Assembly (NCBI GenBank): GCA_043228905.1
Contig: JBHGNT010000016.1
Coordinates: 10,726,001 to 10,790,000 of the forward strand
DNA: 64,000 nt
Source of the DNA: Azolla caroliniana
Taxonomy: Eukaryota; Plantae; Polypodiophyta
Reading direction: 5' to 3'
Positions 38,181 to 52,600 of this stretch are shown in pieces. Position numbers and translations under genes: made by a program. The stretch's first letter is position 1; each line of letters begins with the position of its first letter. The notes under the pieces were generated by a model. That model saw nothing but the letters and a program-made list of their open reading frames with translations. It was not told the origin of the DNA and made no database searches.

Positions 38181-39249
38181 AGACATACTGTTGTTTGTAT
38201 GTCATGCCAACTGCTCTTCACATATGAATGCTTCGTTTTTCTCACAATCCTCATGTGTGGAAGATGTGCTTCCAAAGTCTGCCTCCGTGCAAAGGTTAAT
38301 TTGATTCTAACTCTGACCAGAATCTGACTCTGCACTTGTGCTCCATGAAGTTCCCGATTCATTTGATTGCAGTTGGGAATCAGACTGCTCTTGTAAACCT
38401 AATTAATGGGATTCCAAAGAATATTGGTATCAACTCACATACTCAAAAGTTTGCAAACAATGAACATAGGGTTTAGGGCCACATTTTTACCTAATGTTAC
38501 ATCGTCATACTGTACAGCCGTAGATACCCCATTGCAAGTGGTGGGCTCCGTCATTTTCTCCACAACATCTAGGTGCTCAACAGTGTTGTAATGATCTATA
38601 ATAGCAACAAAAATAGGGTTGTTATGAGCTAAATCATTGTTTTCAAAGTTTGGCTTTTGACGTGTACCTGGGAGTGTGATAAATTCGTCTTCACGATCAG
38701 GTTTTGGACTCGTATATCCGTCACCAAATATCATTTCGTCATCAGCTAGTAACACAAGTACATGGTATTAGACAATGGATTAGGTTGGCAATGCTCCAGA
38801 CAGGTGAGAACTTATATGACTCACCATTGCATTCAACTTTGCCTTTCTTGCCGTTTCCATACAACATTCTTGCAACATTTCTCTTCTTATTGGGCTCTAT
38901 TTGTAAAGAAACAACATTTCTCTTCTTAGTGGGCTCTATTTCTTGATGTTGACCGGAGCTTGGGGAATTTGTTTGTAGAAGCATATGTTCCATTGCTCCA
39001 ATGGCCCTTCTCATACATTCATCCTCATCATAAAAATCATAGGTTATTGGTAATGATGGTCCCTGAACCTTGGAATGTGCAGCAGATATTGAGGGTTTAG
39101 GCACAGGGGTTGGTTGTTCCATTACCTTCCCTGGCGTGGAGTTGCTTGACACTACAACATTCATTGCAAGAAACAAAAAAACCTTGAATGTTAGTACCAT
39201 CATCTAAAATATATAATGTAGATCACAAGAGCTGCTTCCCATATTACAC

Positions 39250-40400
39250 AATGTACCAATCATGAACAATGTACTACTCACATAGTTCCTAAATTACTGA
39301 ACTAGTACTAATAAGGAACACTGTACTGCACACTTAGTTCCCAATTTACACAAGTAGTACTAATCATGCACAATATACTACTCACTTAGTTACCAAATTA
39401 CACAAGGAGTATTAATCCCGAACAATGTACCACTGACTTAGTCAAATTAATAAGTAGTACTAATCTTGAACAATGTACTACTCACTTGTTTCCTAAATTA
39501 CTGAACTAGTACTAATAAGGAACAATGTACTGCTCACTTAGTTCCCAATATACACGATTAGTACTAATCATGCACAATATACACAAGTAGTACTAATCAT
39601 GCACAATATACTACTCACTTAGTTACCAAATTACACAAGTACTAATCCCGAAAAATGTACCACTGACTTAGTCAAATTAATAAGTAGTACTAATCTTGAA
39701 CAATGTACTACTCACTTATTTCCTAAATCACTGAACTAGTACTAATCCCGAACAATGTACTGCTCACTTAGTTCCCAATTTACACAAGTAGTACTAATCA
39801 TGCACAATATACTACTCACTTAGTTACCAAATTACACAAGGAGTACTAATCCCGAACAATGTACTGCTCACTTAGTTCCCAATTTACACAAGTAGTACTA
39901 ATCATGCACAATATACTACTCACTTAGTTACCAAATTACACAAGGAGTACTAATCCCGAACAATGTAATGCTCACTTAGTTCCCAATTTACACAAGTAGT
40001 ACTAATCATGCACAATATACTACTCACTTAGTTACCAAATTACACAAGGAGTACTAATCCCGAACAATGTACCACTGACTTAGTCAAATTACACAATTAG
40101 TACTAATCCTGAACAATGTACTACTCAACAATGTACCACTGACTTAGTCAAATTACACAATTAGTACTAATCCTACAAAATGTACTACTCACTTATTTTC
40201 TAGATTACTGATCTAGTACTAATAAGGTACAAAACTAGTACTAATAAGGAACAAAGTACTACTCAGTTCCCAAATTACAAAACTAGTATTAATCATGAGC
40301 AATGTACTAGTAACTTAGTTCACAAAGTACAGAACTAGTACTAATCATGAACCATGTAGTACTTACTAAGTACTAATCCAACAAATGTAGATTGGTATTT
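39250..40400. repeat. Intronic ~40-bp-based higher-order tandem repeat rich in AGTACT/GTAC
   Basis: AGTAGTACTAATCATGCACAATATACTACTCACTTAGTTACCAAATTACACA alternating with GAGTACTAATCCCGAACAATGTACTGCTCACTTAGTTCCCAATTTACACA. Confidence 0.92.
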
Positions 40401-42254
40401 TGCACACAAGTAATACTAAACGTGATATGTGTTCTACACACCTAGTTACATAACTTGTACTAATTAACCAACAGTATTAATCTTGAACAGTATTAGTACT
40501 AAACGTGATATGTGTTTGACACACCTCATTTCCAAATTACTATACACCTTGTTCCCAAATTACATTACTAGTACTAATTCCCAAGTTACACAAACAATAC
40601 TAACAGTCAACAGTGTACTATAAGTATAGTGTTTACTAAACTAATACTAGGCAAGTTGCAATATAGATTGGATGATGTTGTACTTGGTTCCCTTTTAGTA
40701 CTACTAATTCTGGAAAATATCCCTTCAACTACACATACCAATTATATATTAAGAGTACTGCCAATACTAACCCACATAATTAGGGTTCCACATAATAGTT
40801 GTTAGAGATTACACTAAATTTGAAGTATGAATTGTGGCATACACTAGTTCTAGTCCAAATGTTAATTGACATCATATAATACAAACAATAGAATAGTAGA
40901 GCCACATACTGTACGGGTGTACTTTTAAACCCCAAGCATAGTACCACTCAGCCGCAATTGTAGTTTTACAGTTCATACATGTATTCTCTTTCTCAAAATG
41001 ATACTTAGCACATAGCACATGATATGTGTGCAAGCATGGTGTAATCACAACATCCATAGCCTCCAGCTTGAATCCGAGGCCACAAAATATACACCTGGAA
41101 GATTGCAAACACAAGTTATAATATATTAGTTGCTCACTTATTTATACAAGAGAAGTAGAAACAAATAACTTTTAAAGCCAATACCGTGATATAGCTATAC
41201 TAGTAATGGTACTTTCTATACCACTTGGGTGCTCAATTACAGATGGACACAAAGTATCAAAACCATTTTGTTTTAAATCCTGCATCAAGCATGCAAGGTT
41301 CTCAGAATGCAACTTTAAGGCTGACAACTTATTATCTATTTCTTCATGTGCATTCCTGCAAGTATCAAGGTCTCTCATCTGTGAACCTAATTGAGTGCCC
41401 ATATTCTTCAGCTCTTTCTTCAACTCCTCTTTCAACACCTCACTCTCTGAATTTTGGATTGTTGATGCAATCCATTCATATGTAGTTTTTATTGAAGAAA
41501 ATTTCTTTTCTGCCTGTATCTTAGCTGATTTAACTGCTTCCAAATCAACAAGTAGTGCTTGTATTCTTGAGCTCATAGAAGCTATGCAACCGGCCATCAT
41601 CTGTTCATGCTTTTCAGTCATTGTGGCCCGTACCTTTGCCTCTACAACTTGGTGGACAGGTGTTGTAGCTGGAATATCCACATGAGAGGTTCCCGATGAC
41701 TTCAAGCCAGTGTTGGTACTGGAGGACCCTTTGTAATGTTCTGACCGGTGCCGATTAAAATCTTCCCAATTTACGTCAATGCTACCTTGAACTTCACATG
41801 CAAAAGCACGTGCAAAAACAGTACCCACCTCATTGTTAGTGATTTGATTTGTATCATAAACATGTTCGTATCTCGTCTTCAATAAATTCATGTATTTCCT
41901 CTTCAAACCACTTATGTGGAATCCTCGCCTTGTGTCGGGATGTGCTGACCCCCAGGTTTTTAACAACCACTCTCTCAGCTCTGGATAAACGTTAGGTCGT
42001 GCTCGAAGGAAATAATTCCATCCAAGAGGTGTGTCTCGACTGATGGAGTGGTACATCTTCTTTCTCTGTGTTGATGAATTCATCACCCTTTCTCTTGTGG
42101 GTGTCTTCTTGCTTTCTTTCATGGGTGTCCTTCTTCCTTCACTGGTGTCTTCACTTTCTCTTTCATCATTGTCTTCTTTATGGGTGTCCTAGTCAACACA
42201 ATTCTCAGGGAATGAATATGCATGTACTAGAAGAAAACTCAAGCAATTACCATC

Positions 42255-42605
42255 AACACATAGCAAATCATCACATTGCATGTACAAACCATGTCAAACA
42301 CACAATAACCCTAAATAGTCGGAAAAAAACTCATCCATGTCAAACACACGGACAATAAAAACAGACGGATAGGAAAGTCAAAGAAAACGAAAACATTGTA
42401 AATCATCATAGCCAACTCCATCACATCGCATGTACAAGCCATGTCAAACACACAAAAACCCAAAATAGTCGGAAAAAAACTCATCCATGTCAAACTCACA
42501 CAAAATAAAACAGATGGACAGGAAACAAGAACAAAACGAAAACATAGCAACTCATCGTAGCCAACTCCATTTACATTGCATGTACAAACATGTCTAACAC
42601 ACAAC
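42255..42605. repeat. ~150-bp tandem repeat, 2-3 units
   Basis: GCATGTACAA.CCATGTCAAACACACAA..CCC.AAATAGTCGGAAAAAAACTCATCCATGTCAAAC repeated. Confidence 0.8.
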
Positions 42606-43825
42606 CACCTCGATCAAAATATTGTCATACATTTTTAAAAGAAACACAGAGAAACACAGAGAAAACAAAAACATACCAGTTGGGCATGCAACACATAGAC
42701 TATGAATAATCAAAACCTAAAAATGGCCATACACATGCAAATAAAAAACAGACAGACAGGAAACATTCAGAAAAAGAAAACATACCAGTTGGGCATGCAA
42801 CACAGAGAATACCTGGAGGTCGTACAACTTGCAGAGGTACCACACCATGTTGATTTCGACACCTTGGGAGCACACCAAGCCTTCAAAATCACCTATATGC
42901 AAGAGGTTGTTGACGAGGCTGTTGCAGAGGAGACAAACGAGCATACACAAGGAAGGAAAATCAATAACACATACAACGAGCAGGGAAAACAAAAATCTCT
43001 GCGTATACAGAGTTCAGAGATCGAACCTGGCACAGAGGGGAACACAAGAACAGCTACGCGGGGAAACAGAGAATCGAAGGTGGAGTGAGAGAGAGAAACA
43101 GAAAGAAAGAAAGAAACAGAGCTTCGAAGGTGGAGTGAGAGAGAGAAAGAGAGAGATAGACCTGTAATAGATATGTCGTCTTTCTTTAACTTTCTGCCAC
43201 TGTCTGTCTGACAACTTCGAGACAGAAGAGAGAGAGAGAGAGAGAGACATACCAACTGACACGTTCGACTACCCATACCAGAGAGAGAGAGAGAGAGAGA
43301 GATACTAAGACTGACCAACTGTCACAATGGATACCTTCTCCAGGTGTGCTTTCGTACAACTCTACCTAGGAGACTGGGGCAACAATTAATGTATTAAATA
43401 TGGCCTAGGGACATTTCGAGTGTGACGTATAATATCTTTGTGCATTCGAGTGTGACGTAATGAATTTTTTTTTTGTTTTTTGAAATTTATTTACAATTTT
43501 TAATGTTTATTTTCTTCTTCGATTTAGTACTAAATTTTTGGCCAAAAGTTGATACACCGTAGCATGCTTCGACCCACACACAAATGCTCATACGCCTTTG
43601 TGAGGAGGAGAGGTGCATGGGCAAGCACGAACCCTCCCTCGTCACAAGATGACCGAACGTACAAGGAAGACACAAACACACACACAAATGCTCATACGTC
43701 TTTCTCAGGAGGAGAGGTGCATGGGCACGCTCGAAACGCTCCCTTGTCACAAGATGGCCGAACGTACAAGGAAGACACAAACACACACACAAAATTCTCG
43801 TACGCCTTTATGAGGGGGAGAGGTG

Positions 43826-44295
43826 TGTTGTCCGCCGGTGTTGTCCACTGGACCTAACACATAAACAAGTAGAATATATTATTAGAAGCGTTAAAGAAAC
43901 GCATTTAACGGTTCACACTAGGAGCGTAACGGGAAAAAAGCATTGCGTATATAAAGGGTAGAAATCCTCTGTAAAAAGCTAGCGTGTATTTTTGGAGCTA
44001 CCCTTTTGGTAATACAATACTATCTTCTCTGATTCTCGTGTCTGTGTAAGTCGTCTATTGCTTTGGTGTAGTATTGTGTTGGTAACTGTGGGCTAGTAAG
44101 CGTAGGGTGAGTGTGTATACGAGATTACGCACTGGTGAGCTTCGGTTGTAGCCGTCTCCCTTCATGCCCAGATGATACACGTTGCTTTGTAAGCCTTTTA
44201 TGCTTCATGCGCTTACAGATCTATTCCTTGCACCAGAATCAACTTGAAGTCTACCTTGAAGGACTTAGAGTAGACAATGTTCCTAATCAGTAACA
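43826..44295 (+). repeat. 5' LTR
   Basis: Homologous to 60983-61439 with many substitutions; short duplication of the terminal TGTTGTCC. Confidence 0.9.
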
Positions 44296-44346
44296 CTTTT
44301 GGCACACCTAGTGGATTTGTGGTTCAGCACAGACAAGCAGCAAGGT

Positions 44347-46020
44347 ATGGATGACTAGCCGTAGACGAGCTAGAGAACCGACCACTGACGAGGTGTATCA
44401 CTTACTAGATAGAAGACTATGGTAAGCGAAAACCTTGCCTCAACGACCACGACTGCTCCTTTCAAAAGTACACGGTAGACTCCATGCTCACAGAACAACG
44501 TGATGTCGGCCACGAAGCCCTGTCGCCACACGAGCAAGGTAGTGCGATTAAACACCACCATAGTTCACATCGCGAAAGCAAGAGTCTTCCCCTGCCGATC
44601 GTCCCCACAATGTCTGTAATGGCTTTCTCATACCCCCGCTTCAACGGAGAAACAAAGGCTACTAGCCACATCTGGCTATTCCTCAATGTTTGGAATGCTA
44701 ATCGTCTAGTGCAGCGGTTTCCAGACGTGGAACCTCATGCTTCGAAGATTGCCGAGTTTGGGTTAACTTTGGACGGTCGGGAGGCATGCTGGCATTCCTA
44801 GATGGATTTGGCAGCAATCACAACCTTTGACCAACTGCAATCGATGTTCTTGCGTTTTTTTCATCGACGAGTGCTACAACGGCAAATAATTGGACAGTTC
44901 TATACCATCAAGCAACTTCCCACAGAATCCGTAGCGGATTTCAGTCTCCATTTCCAGAGTCTACAGCGGAACCTTTCACGGGCCCCGACAGACAAAGAGG
45001 CCAAGGAAACGTTCTTGGCAGCGCTAAGACGGCCTCTCCGGACGACGCTGAACACCCACAGTGTGAAAGGGGAGACTACCGACATGGTCATCGAGCGAGC
45101 ATTACAACTCGAATTAGAGGAAGAAGATGAGGGACTATCCATGGCATTGCTACGGCAGGCGTTGCCTCAGGACGAGGAACATCGATTTCGCCAGGCCATT
45201 CAGTGTACAATTTGTTTAAACTTCGGACATTCCGCGATCGAGTGTAACATGCGACTACATTGTCCAATTTTCCATTCACAGGCACACACGGTGGACCAAT
45301 GCGAGTATAATATGGTGAACAGGCCCACACCCGTAGTACGGTGTATGGAGACACAATAGCAATCTTGAAGGAATGATTCACAACAGCAGGAAGAACGTCC
45401 CCGGTATACAGACCGGAATCAGCGCATGGGGCACCAATATCGTAAAAACCGCAACACCGATCCGTACTCCGATGAAGAAGATCACGAAGAGGAAGACTAC
45501 CGGAGTACGAACCGATACAATTGCGGAGGGCGTCGTTACAACAATTGCCGACCTACAAAAAATCATCGAGGATTCAATGGGAGCTGTCCAAACGGACACA
45601 ATCGACTGCATAAGGACCAACGCCATTATGACGAAAGTTCAGAGGACGAATGTCGCCAAGAGCCACGACAAGAATACCGTCAACAACCCCGGAATAACAG
45701 GCGACTCCGGCATAACCGAGATGAACAAGCAGTACCAGTGGAAACTAATACACCCCCGGAAGTGGAGAGAGGCGAGTCCAGCGTACACTGTTTTGTGTGT
45801 CAACAACCCGGTCATTACGCGACACAGTGCCGACGTCGAAAAGGAAAGGAGGCAACTGTGAATACCATCACGGCAGAAATCCAGCAAGTCACAACACGGC
45901 ATCAGGCGAAGAATGTAGACTGGGCAGAACAAGATGAGAATGTAGACTGGGCAAGTCGTGGAAAATCACATAAGGGGCACCGCCGGATTAGATGTCTCAG
46001 CAAATTTTGCGAAGTCTAGT
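44347..46020 (+). pseudogene. gag: Decayed gag
   Basis: FRQAIQCTICLNFGHSAIEC, CFVCQQPGHYATQC; stops and frameshifts. Confidence 0.85.
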
Positions 46021-48560
46021 ACGGGCCCAACAATCGTAGATCATCACAATCCAGCCATTAAGTTGGTACTTCAAGGTTAGGAAATCTCAGGAAGTATTAT
46101 TGATGGGGGGATCTGGTGGAACCTCGACTACTCTCAATTGCGAAGGATTTGGTCCCAAGTGAGAAGAGACAACAATGATCGATTTGATCAAGGATGTTTT
46201 CGCATGGTCACATGAGGACGCGAAACCAGTGTAGCAGCGTCGCTATCGGATGAACCCGAATTACGCAATTCGGGTAAAAGAAGAGATTGACAAACTTCTA
46301 AAAGAAAGATTTATCCGGCTAGTGAAGCAGCCCACGTGACTGAGCCCGATAGTCGTGGTACCAAAGAAAAATGGAAAAATCCACATTTGCGTGGATTATC
46401 CGAAGCTCAACCCCGTAATGATAACAGATGCGGTATATGGAACACGAGGCGAACATTTGGGCCATCTCCGAGTTTGTTTGGAGCATTGTCGTACGTCACA
46501 CCTCAACCTTAATTTGGCCAAATGTACATTCGACATCACAAGTGGGGCACTTCTCAGACACATTGTAAGTAAGGAAGGGATAGTAGTGGATCCGAACAAA
46601 ATCACGACGATCATTGAAGAAAAGACTCTGACTAATGCCAAAGCCCTCAGCTGCTTCCTGGGTCAAAAATGCTAGCATAGCAACATGTTACGGTACTTGG
46701 CGGATTTTGTGACCCTATTACACACCTTCATACATCGAACGCCCTTCAAGTGGATGGCAATAGAAGAGAAACCTTACGACGCACTCAAGATAATATTAAC
46801 CCAGCACCGGTCATACAACCACTAGATTGGACTAAACCTTTTCACGTCTTTGTGGATGCCTCAGATATAGGAATAGGCAGTGCATTAATCCAAGTCATAG
46901 AGCCGAGTTGGTACAGACAAGTTTATTACACCAATCATACACTATCAACCTCCGAGAGAAACTACTCCACAACCGAGTGTGAAGCCTTGGGGATGATATA
47001 TAGCATCAACAAATTCCGGCATTATCTACTAGGGCGCAGATTTACGTTTCACGTAGATCAAGTGGCGTTACTGTATCTAGTTGAGAAACAGGCACTGACA
47101 GGGAAGCTGGCCAGATGGGTGTTGCTGCTCCAGGAGTTCGACTTCGCAATTCAGCATCGGCCGGGCACGAAGCATGCCGTAGCTAATTTCTTAAGCCGAG
47201 TAGATATTGACGATAATGCGGGGATGGACGATGACGACTTTCCTAACGCAGACATTCTGAGCATTGCGACTAGGGCATCACAAGCAGAAATGAATTTTCC
47301 GGATCGTTGGCTGGTGGAAATGATGTACTTTCAGACTACGGGACTGCCACCTCCGCAACTAAGGACGGATGAGAAGAAACGGCTAGTTATCTGCAGTCAT
47401 AACTTTTGCCTGGTCGGGGTCCTTTACCATAAGGGCAACAGCGGGATCTAACGACGCGGGATACACCAGGATGAAAAGGAAGCCGTTCTCCACGAAGCTC
47501 ATTGCAGTACGGCCGGGTGACATTACGCAAGCGATGTTACAGCTCGAAAAATATGGCAAGGAGGGCTATGGTGGTCAACTATGTAGAAAGACGTGTATCA
47601 ATACTATAGACAGTGTGATCTATGTAAACGATTGGGGCAACCTACGGAGCTCGCACGGATGCTGCACCAACCGGTTCTTCCATTGGATCCATTCCAGAAT
47701 GGGGTCTAGATTTTGTCGGTCCCTTTACGCCGGCAGCGGGGCGGACGGGCAATAAGTACATTCTCATAGCCACTGATTACTACACTAATTGGGTAGAAGC
47801 AAAAGCGTTACAGAATAATACGGTGGCATTCATGGAAAAATTTCTTTACGATTACATTTGGTGTCGTTTTGGTTGCCCAATTGAGCTCATCAGTGATGAA
47901 GGGAGCCACTTTCTGAATTCGGACATCTACGAGCTAACACACCATTACGCCATAGTGCATAAGAAGAGCACGCCATATTACCCGCAGGCGAATGGGTTAG
48001 CTATGTCCACAAACAAGACCTTACAAACTGGGATACCAAGCTGCACAACGCCTTGTGGGCATATCGGACGAGTTACAAAACTAGCGTACAGTCCACACCC
48101 TTCTGGCTCGCGTTTGGGTTAGAAGCCGTAATGCCCATTGAATTCCAGGTGCCCAGTTTGAGAATTCAAGTACGAGACCGACTGTCAGAAGGCAAGTCTG
48201 AGCAAATACGACTACAATAACTTCTCGAATTAGGCGAGGCTCGAGTCCATAGTATGGTCGTACTCGAGCAAGAGTAGTGATGGTGTGAAGCGTTCGTGGA
48301 TCGACATCAGGGCACACGGGAAAAATACTTTGGTATTGGGAAGGTCGTATTGGTCTTTCAAACACGCATGGGTCAAATGCCAAGTAAGTTACGGTTCTGC
48401 TGGACAGGGCTGTATTGGATAGTTGGAGCAGAAAATGACACCTTCCAATTGGGTACCCTCGCTGGAGTTATACTTTAGCAAAAAGTGAATGGGTTCCGAT
48501 TAAGGCCTTAATTGGGACCTACGCCCCCGAACCTGTTCCACACCGTAACTGACATGGCAG
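46021..48560 (+). pseudogene. pol: Decayed, internally deleted pol
   Basis: VPKKNGKIHICVDY, FVDASDIGIG, ISDEGSHF, YYPQANG; RT catalytic core missing. Confidence 0.88.
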
Positions 48561-49650
48561 AGAGGTCCCTACACTAATTAGTAGTTGGGACTCACGTGTA
48601 ATAAAACACGTTCGCATTCACAAGTGGAAGGATTGCGCATTCCACTTGTAGAATCTTCTTAAAACGAAGCAAATACACCCTCTCTACAAAAATTGGATGC
48701 ACTAGTATCACATGTTCCTCAACTTGATGAGAATTTGCAAATATAAAAATACATGATAGATCTACAAGTGGAGATCATTAGAAATCATGCAAGTTTAGAC
48801 ATGTTGATAAGTTAATGTAGGCATAATAAAGTTCAACTATGGCTCAATATGTCACTACTATGCGACAAGGGAAACACTAACTTAAAGACTTATATTAATT
48901 AGGTAAGTTTTACAAAAATATCAGGTGTACTTGTATCCATACTAATAAAATGAGATATAATTTATACTTTGACCCATACGTGCATGTATATAATTGTGGA
49001 AAATGTAGGATAGTGCACATTAGGATAAGTGATTGGAATAACTAACTTATTAAAGTATTCAATACTTGTATTTAAAGTTGATCTAATCTATTCCTTAGTT
49101 TGTTCATATGGAATCAAACCATATGTTTATAATTGTGGACAATGTAAGGCAATGAACTTTAGGATAATGTCGTGGAAATAACAAACCTATTAGGCTTTCA
49201 TACCTGTATTTAAAATTGATCTACTCTATTGCTTAGGTGATTCACACAAGATCAAACTCCGAACGATAACGCAACTGCAACCATTATCAACACACTACAC
49301 AATCTAAGCAGCAATGGAATAGAAACATAATAATTTTAACAATAGAAGACAAAGATCCATAATAACAGCATGGACAGTCATGGCAACAATTATAGGGCCA
49401 TGTTCTGTTAAGGTTAGCTTGGACCAAAATCAACCTCCATTTAAACTAGTTCATGTTTCTCCATAAGTTTGGTAGTCAACTATGCACGCGGTGAAACCAA
49501 TGTCATAAATCTACTAATCAAGTATATAAAAATAAAATTGAAACATATAGAAGATTATAAAGAATAGAATCTACTAGGTAAAACCCAAAATTTGTATTAA
49601 TAATGTGAAATCTTAACAAATCGTCAGTGTCATATTCTTCATAGAGTTTA

Positions 49651-52600
49651 TTACATAGCAATCAATTCATCAATGTCATTTTCTTCATCATCTTGTGTAG
49701 AACTGTCTTCGGCTATACGTGCATTGGTTTCCCCTGTTAGCCGAGCCAACGAAATATCTTCTATAAGCTCATCATCAAGCTCTATTAGCTCCCCCGGTTC
49801 GCCGGCTAACGGAGGAATAGGCTCTCGCGAAGCAGGTTGAAACCTTTCTGTATTGGCGAGGTTCTTTGCACCGACCTCCTCATCCTGGTCTGGGCACTCC
49901 CACAAAGCCTTAATCCGCATATTAATAAATATAACTTGGTCCTCGTCCTTCTCCAATGCAACTGTATTTCTAAAAAGCTTCAATGCACATGCAGACGTAG
50001 TTCCTGTGATGTAAGTAACAAGAAGATTTAGTTGTCAAACGAAAAAAAAGGGATTGGTTATCTCAAGATCGTTACCCTAGTTCGAGGAATACCTGTGCCA
50101 GAAAAGAGATCTAATATCCAGTCTCCTTCGACAGAAAACATCTCGATCAAGCGCATCATAAGTCGTTGAGGTTTTTGGTATGGGTTGACAAGTCCCCGTT
50201 CTGTCGTGGTGACATGTCGCAATTTTTGTGTCACTGGTGGATATACCAACAGATTTGAACCTCCCACTTCATTAGAATGCTCTTTGATTCTCTGTTTCTT
50301 AATTTCATTGAAGTAGCCAACCGTTATGTATTCAATGGCATTAACGAACCGAAAAGTTGGCCCTCTATTTACATTGGTCTTGATCCTATAAAAAATAATA
50401 CATCGAGTTAAGAATAGATTCAACAACCTTAAGAAATGCAATATAGTGAAAGACACCTATAAATAATCCTTACCATGCAAGGTTCTCGATGCCATGGCAA
50501 CGAGATCTCAAAGCTTGAGCTACCGAGTACCCTTGGTCCATACTATGAAAGACAACTATTCGCCACAAGGATGCGGTCGTTAGCTCAGCGAAATCCTTGA
50601 CCATCTTCTCCAATTGTTTAAACCTAAACGGTTCATCGTCGTATGATAACCCAGCCATTCGAAATCCGTAAGGAACATTCGCAATCATTAGCGTATATTC
50701 CTTCTTTGGCACCTTCTGGATCAAGTCGATGACATCACCGCAAACCACATTGTAGTAAAGATCTCTTGTAATATCTTTTTTGTGGCTAAATTTTTTAAAG
50801 GAGCCATCTTCCTCCATTTCATACGCCTTGACTAAGCGACAATCCTTTTCTTTTCTGGCTCGCTCGAGATGTGCAAGGAAGGATGTAGGGAAATCGTGTA
50901 TATCCTTAACTTCTCCTTGTTTCTTGCCTCGACACGGTTTCTAATAGAAGCAATAGGGCATCAGGTATTATTATACAAGCTCTACATATGATGAAAGGGT
51001 AATGAAAAACCACGAATACTAACCCAATCCTTGAATGCAATAAAATACTATGATAACGCCTTATACGAAGACGTTAGAGGATAATCCTCGGTCACTTGTT
51101 CCCAAGTTATACATCCAAGTTGTTTCATCATAACTTCTTGGATCTTCATGTACACCTTATGACTGTAAAATTAGAAATCAAGATTAGAACTTTGAATTAC
51201 ACCAGATAGACTACAATTTCAGTATTTGAAAGACTTACTTACTTATTGAACTCAGTGACCATTTCTTCAAGGCTTAAATCTTTCGCCACAACCCTTGACA
51301 AAACTGACACAAGAAGCTGCTCGTCCTTAATACCTTGCATCGCTCTCCATAGAGACAGCTTCATGTCGTCTGCCGCTTCTTCAATTGTCAAGTCAATTTT
51401 CTTGGCGGCTTGTGACTTTAACTCTAGTTGAGGATCAACCCTACATTTCTTTTGTCGTTGACCCTTTACCTCCTTATTCTCCCACATTGAGAAGATTTGA
51501 TCTTGTAGGTCCCATACTTCTCCATCTCTAAACGCCAATTGAAACCAAGACTCATACTTTCGAAGACCATCGGACCTAACATTATCATCAACCACAATGC
51601 CGACTTCATGCAGACATTGACGTCGAAGGCCTGGATGTAACTTCACACCAAACTTTTGTTTCACGTCTAAATACTCGTGGTGGAAGAACCGTATACGCTC
51701 AATGGACGACATTTTCTGCCTATAGTCATTATCATTATTATGGTCCCATGCCAACAGCTTAGCCTCTTCGGTTGTGAGCCCAACATAAATTTTGCACTCG
51801 GCATACTTGAAGAAGAAAGTTGTTGGATGCTCTCTCACAAGTTGCCGACGTGCCTCTGCTGAATGCGATCCACCAATGACAAAATAATTATATTGATCAT
51901 GCTTTCTAATATCAAAATCTTCAATGGTTTCACATTCTTCAGGATCTACCATAACAATAAAAGGCACCACAGTGGCATGAGGATTAATTTTCATTTTTTT
52001 CTTGAGATTTTGAACATGCATGCGGTGTGGCTCTCTAATCTCAAGTGGTCGTCGACCTGTTTTTTCATCAATAGGGGGCCGATGGATGTGTGTTATAGGC
52101 AAATTAAACACTTGCCCTTTCCTGACCAGTTTCCGTTGCATTAACTCTCTCCTTATCTTATTCTGCTCGGATGACAAAACACCCTAGGCCAGCTTAGCTC
52201 CTGGCGTCCCCTTATTATCCTCCTCTTCGTTTTCACTTGTTGAATCCGTATCCGACATTTTGGTTGTCTTCTTCTTTGGTGGTCTTGACTGGACTTTGGA
52301 TACCCTTTTTGTAGCCTTCAATGGGGAGGGCACTTCATCTCTTAGAGTTACATGGCCTTGTATATAAGGCCTCAAGGTAACAATAAGGTTTTGTGAGCTT
52401 TCAAGATCTTTTTTGAACGCTTCTGGCCCACAAGATTCCTTTACTAAAAGGTCTTCTGAAAGGAACACTTTACATACCCCCTTGGAGCACTCTATCATTA
52501 CCAGTATGTTGGCCGAATCTGCATCTTCGTAGTCAAATCGTAGAATACGGCCATACATAAATGGGGTTTCCTTTCCAAGCTGCCCCTCACCCTTCTTCTT

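Larger units (their letters stand above)
29010..42180 (-). pseudogene. Accessory multi-exon gene(s) of the Sola2-like element: coiled-coil, RING finger, acidic repeats, helical Urb2/Npa2-like fragment; split by the nested element
   Basis: 41172-42122 coiled-coil ORF; 40872-41114 CIFC..PCLHTYHVLC..CMNC RING-H2; repeat ORF reads TDCTDNVL|VVSIDNVLV across the 30759-37967 insert; 29351-29902 helical segment. Confidence 0.55.
24045..43575 (+). mobile_element. Sola2-like DNA transposon, 19.5 kb (about 12.3 kb without the nested element)
   Basis: TIRs GGGTCGAAGCACGCTATGGTGTA (24045-24067) and TACACCGTAGCATGCTTCGACCC (43553-43575), 21/23 match; 4-bp TSD ACAC; GRG...CYC termini; interrupts a 105-bp repeat unit; transposase motifs. 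Confidence 0.85.

Noticed and set aside
40872-42122. Intact host RING E3 gene
   Set aside because: Lies inside the Sola2 TIRs and its downstream exons are disrupted; treated as transposon cargo
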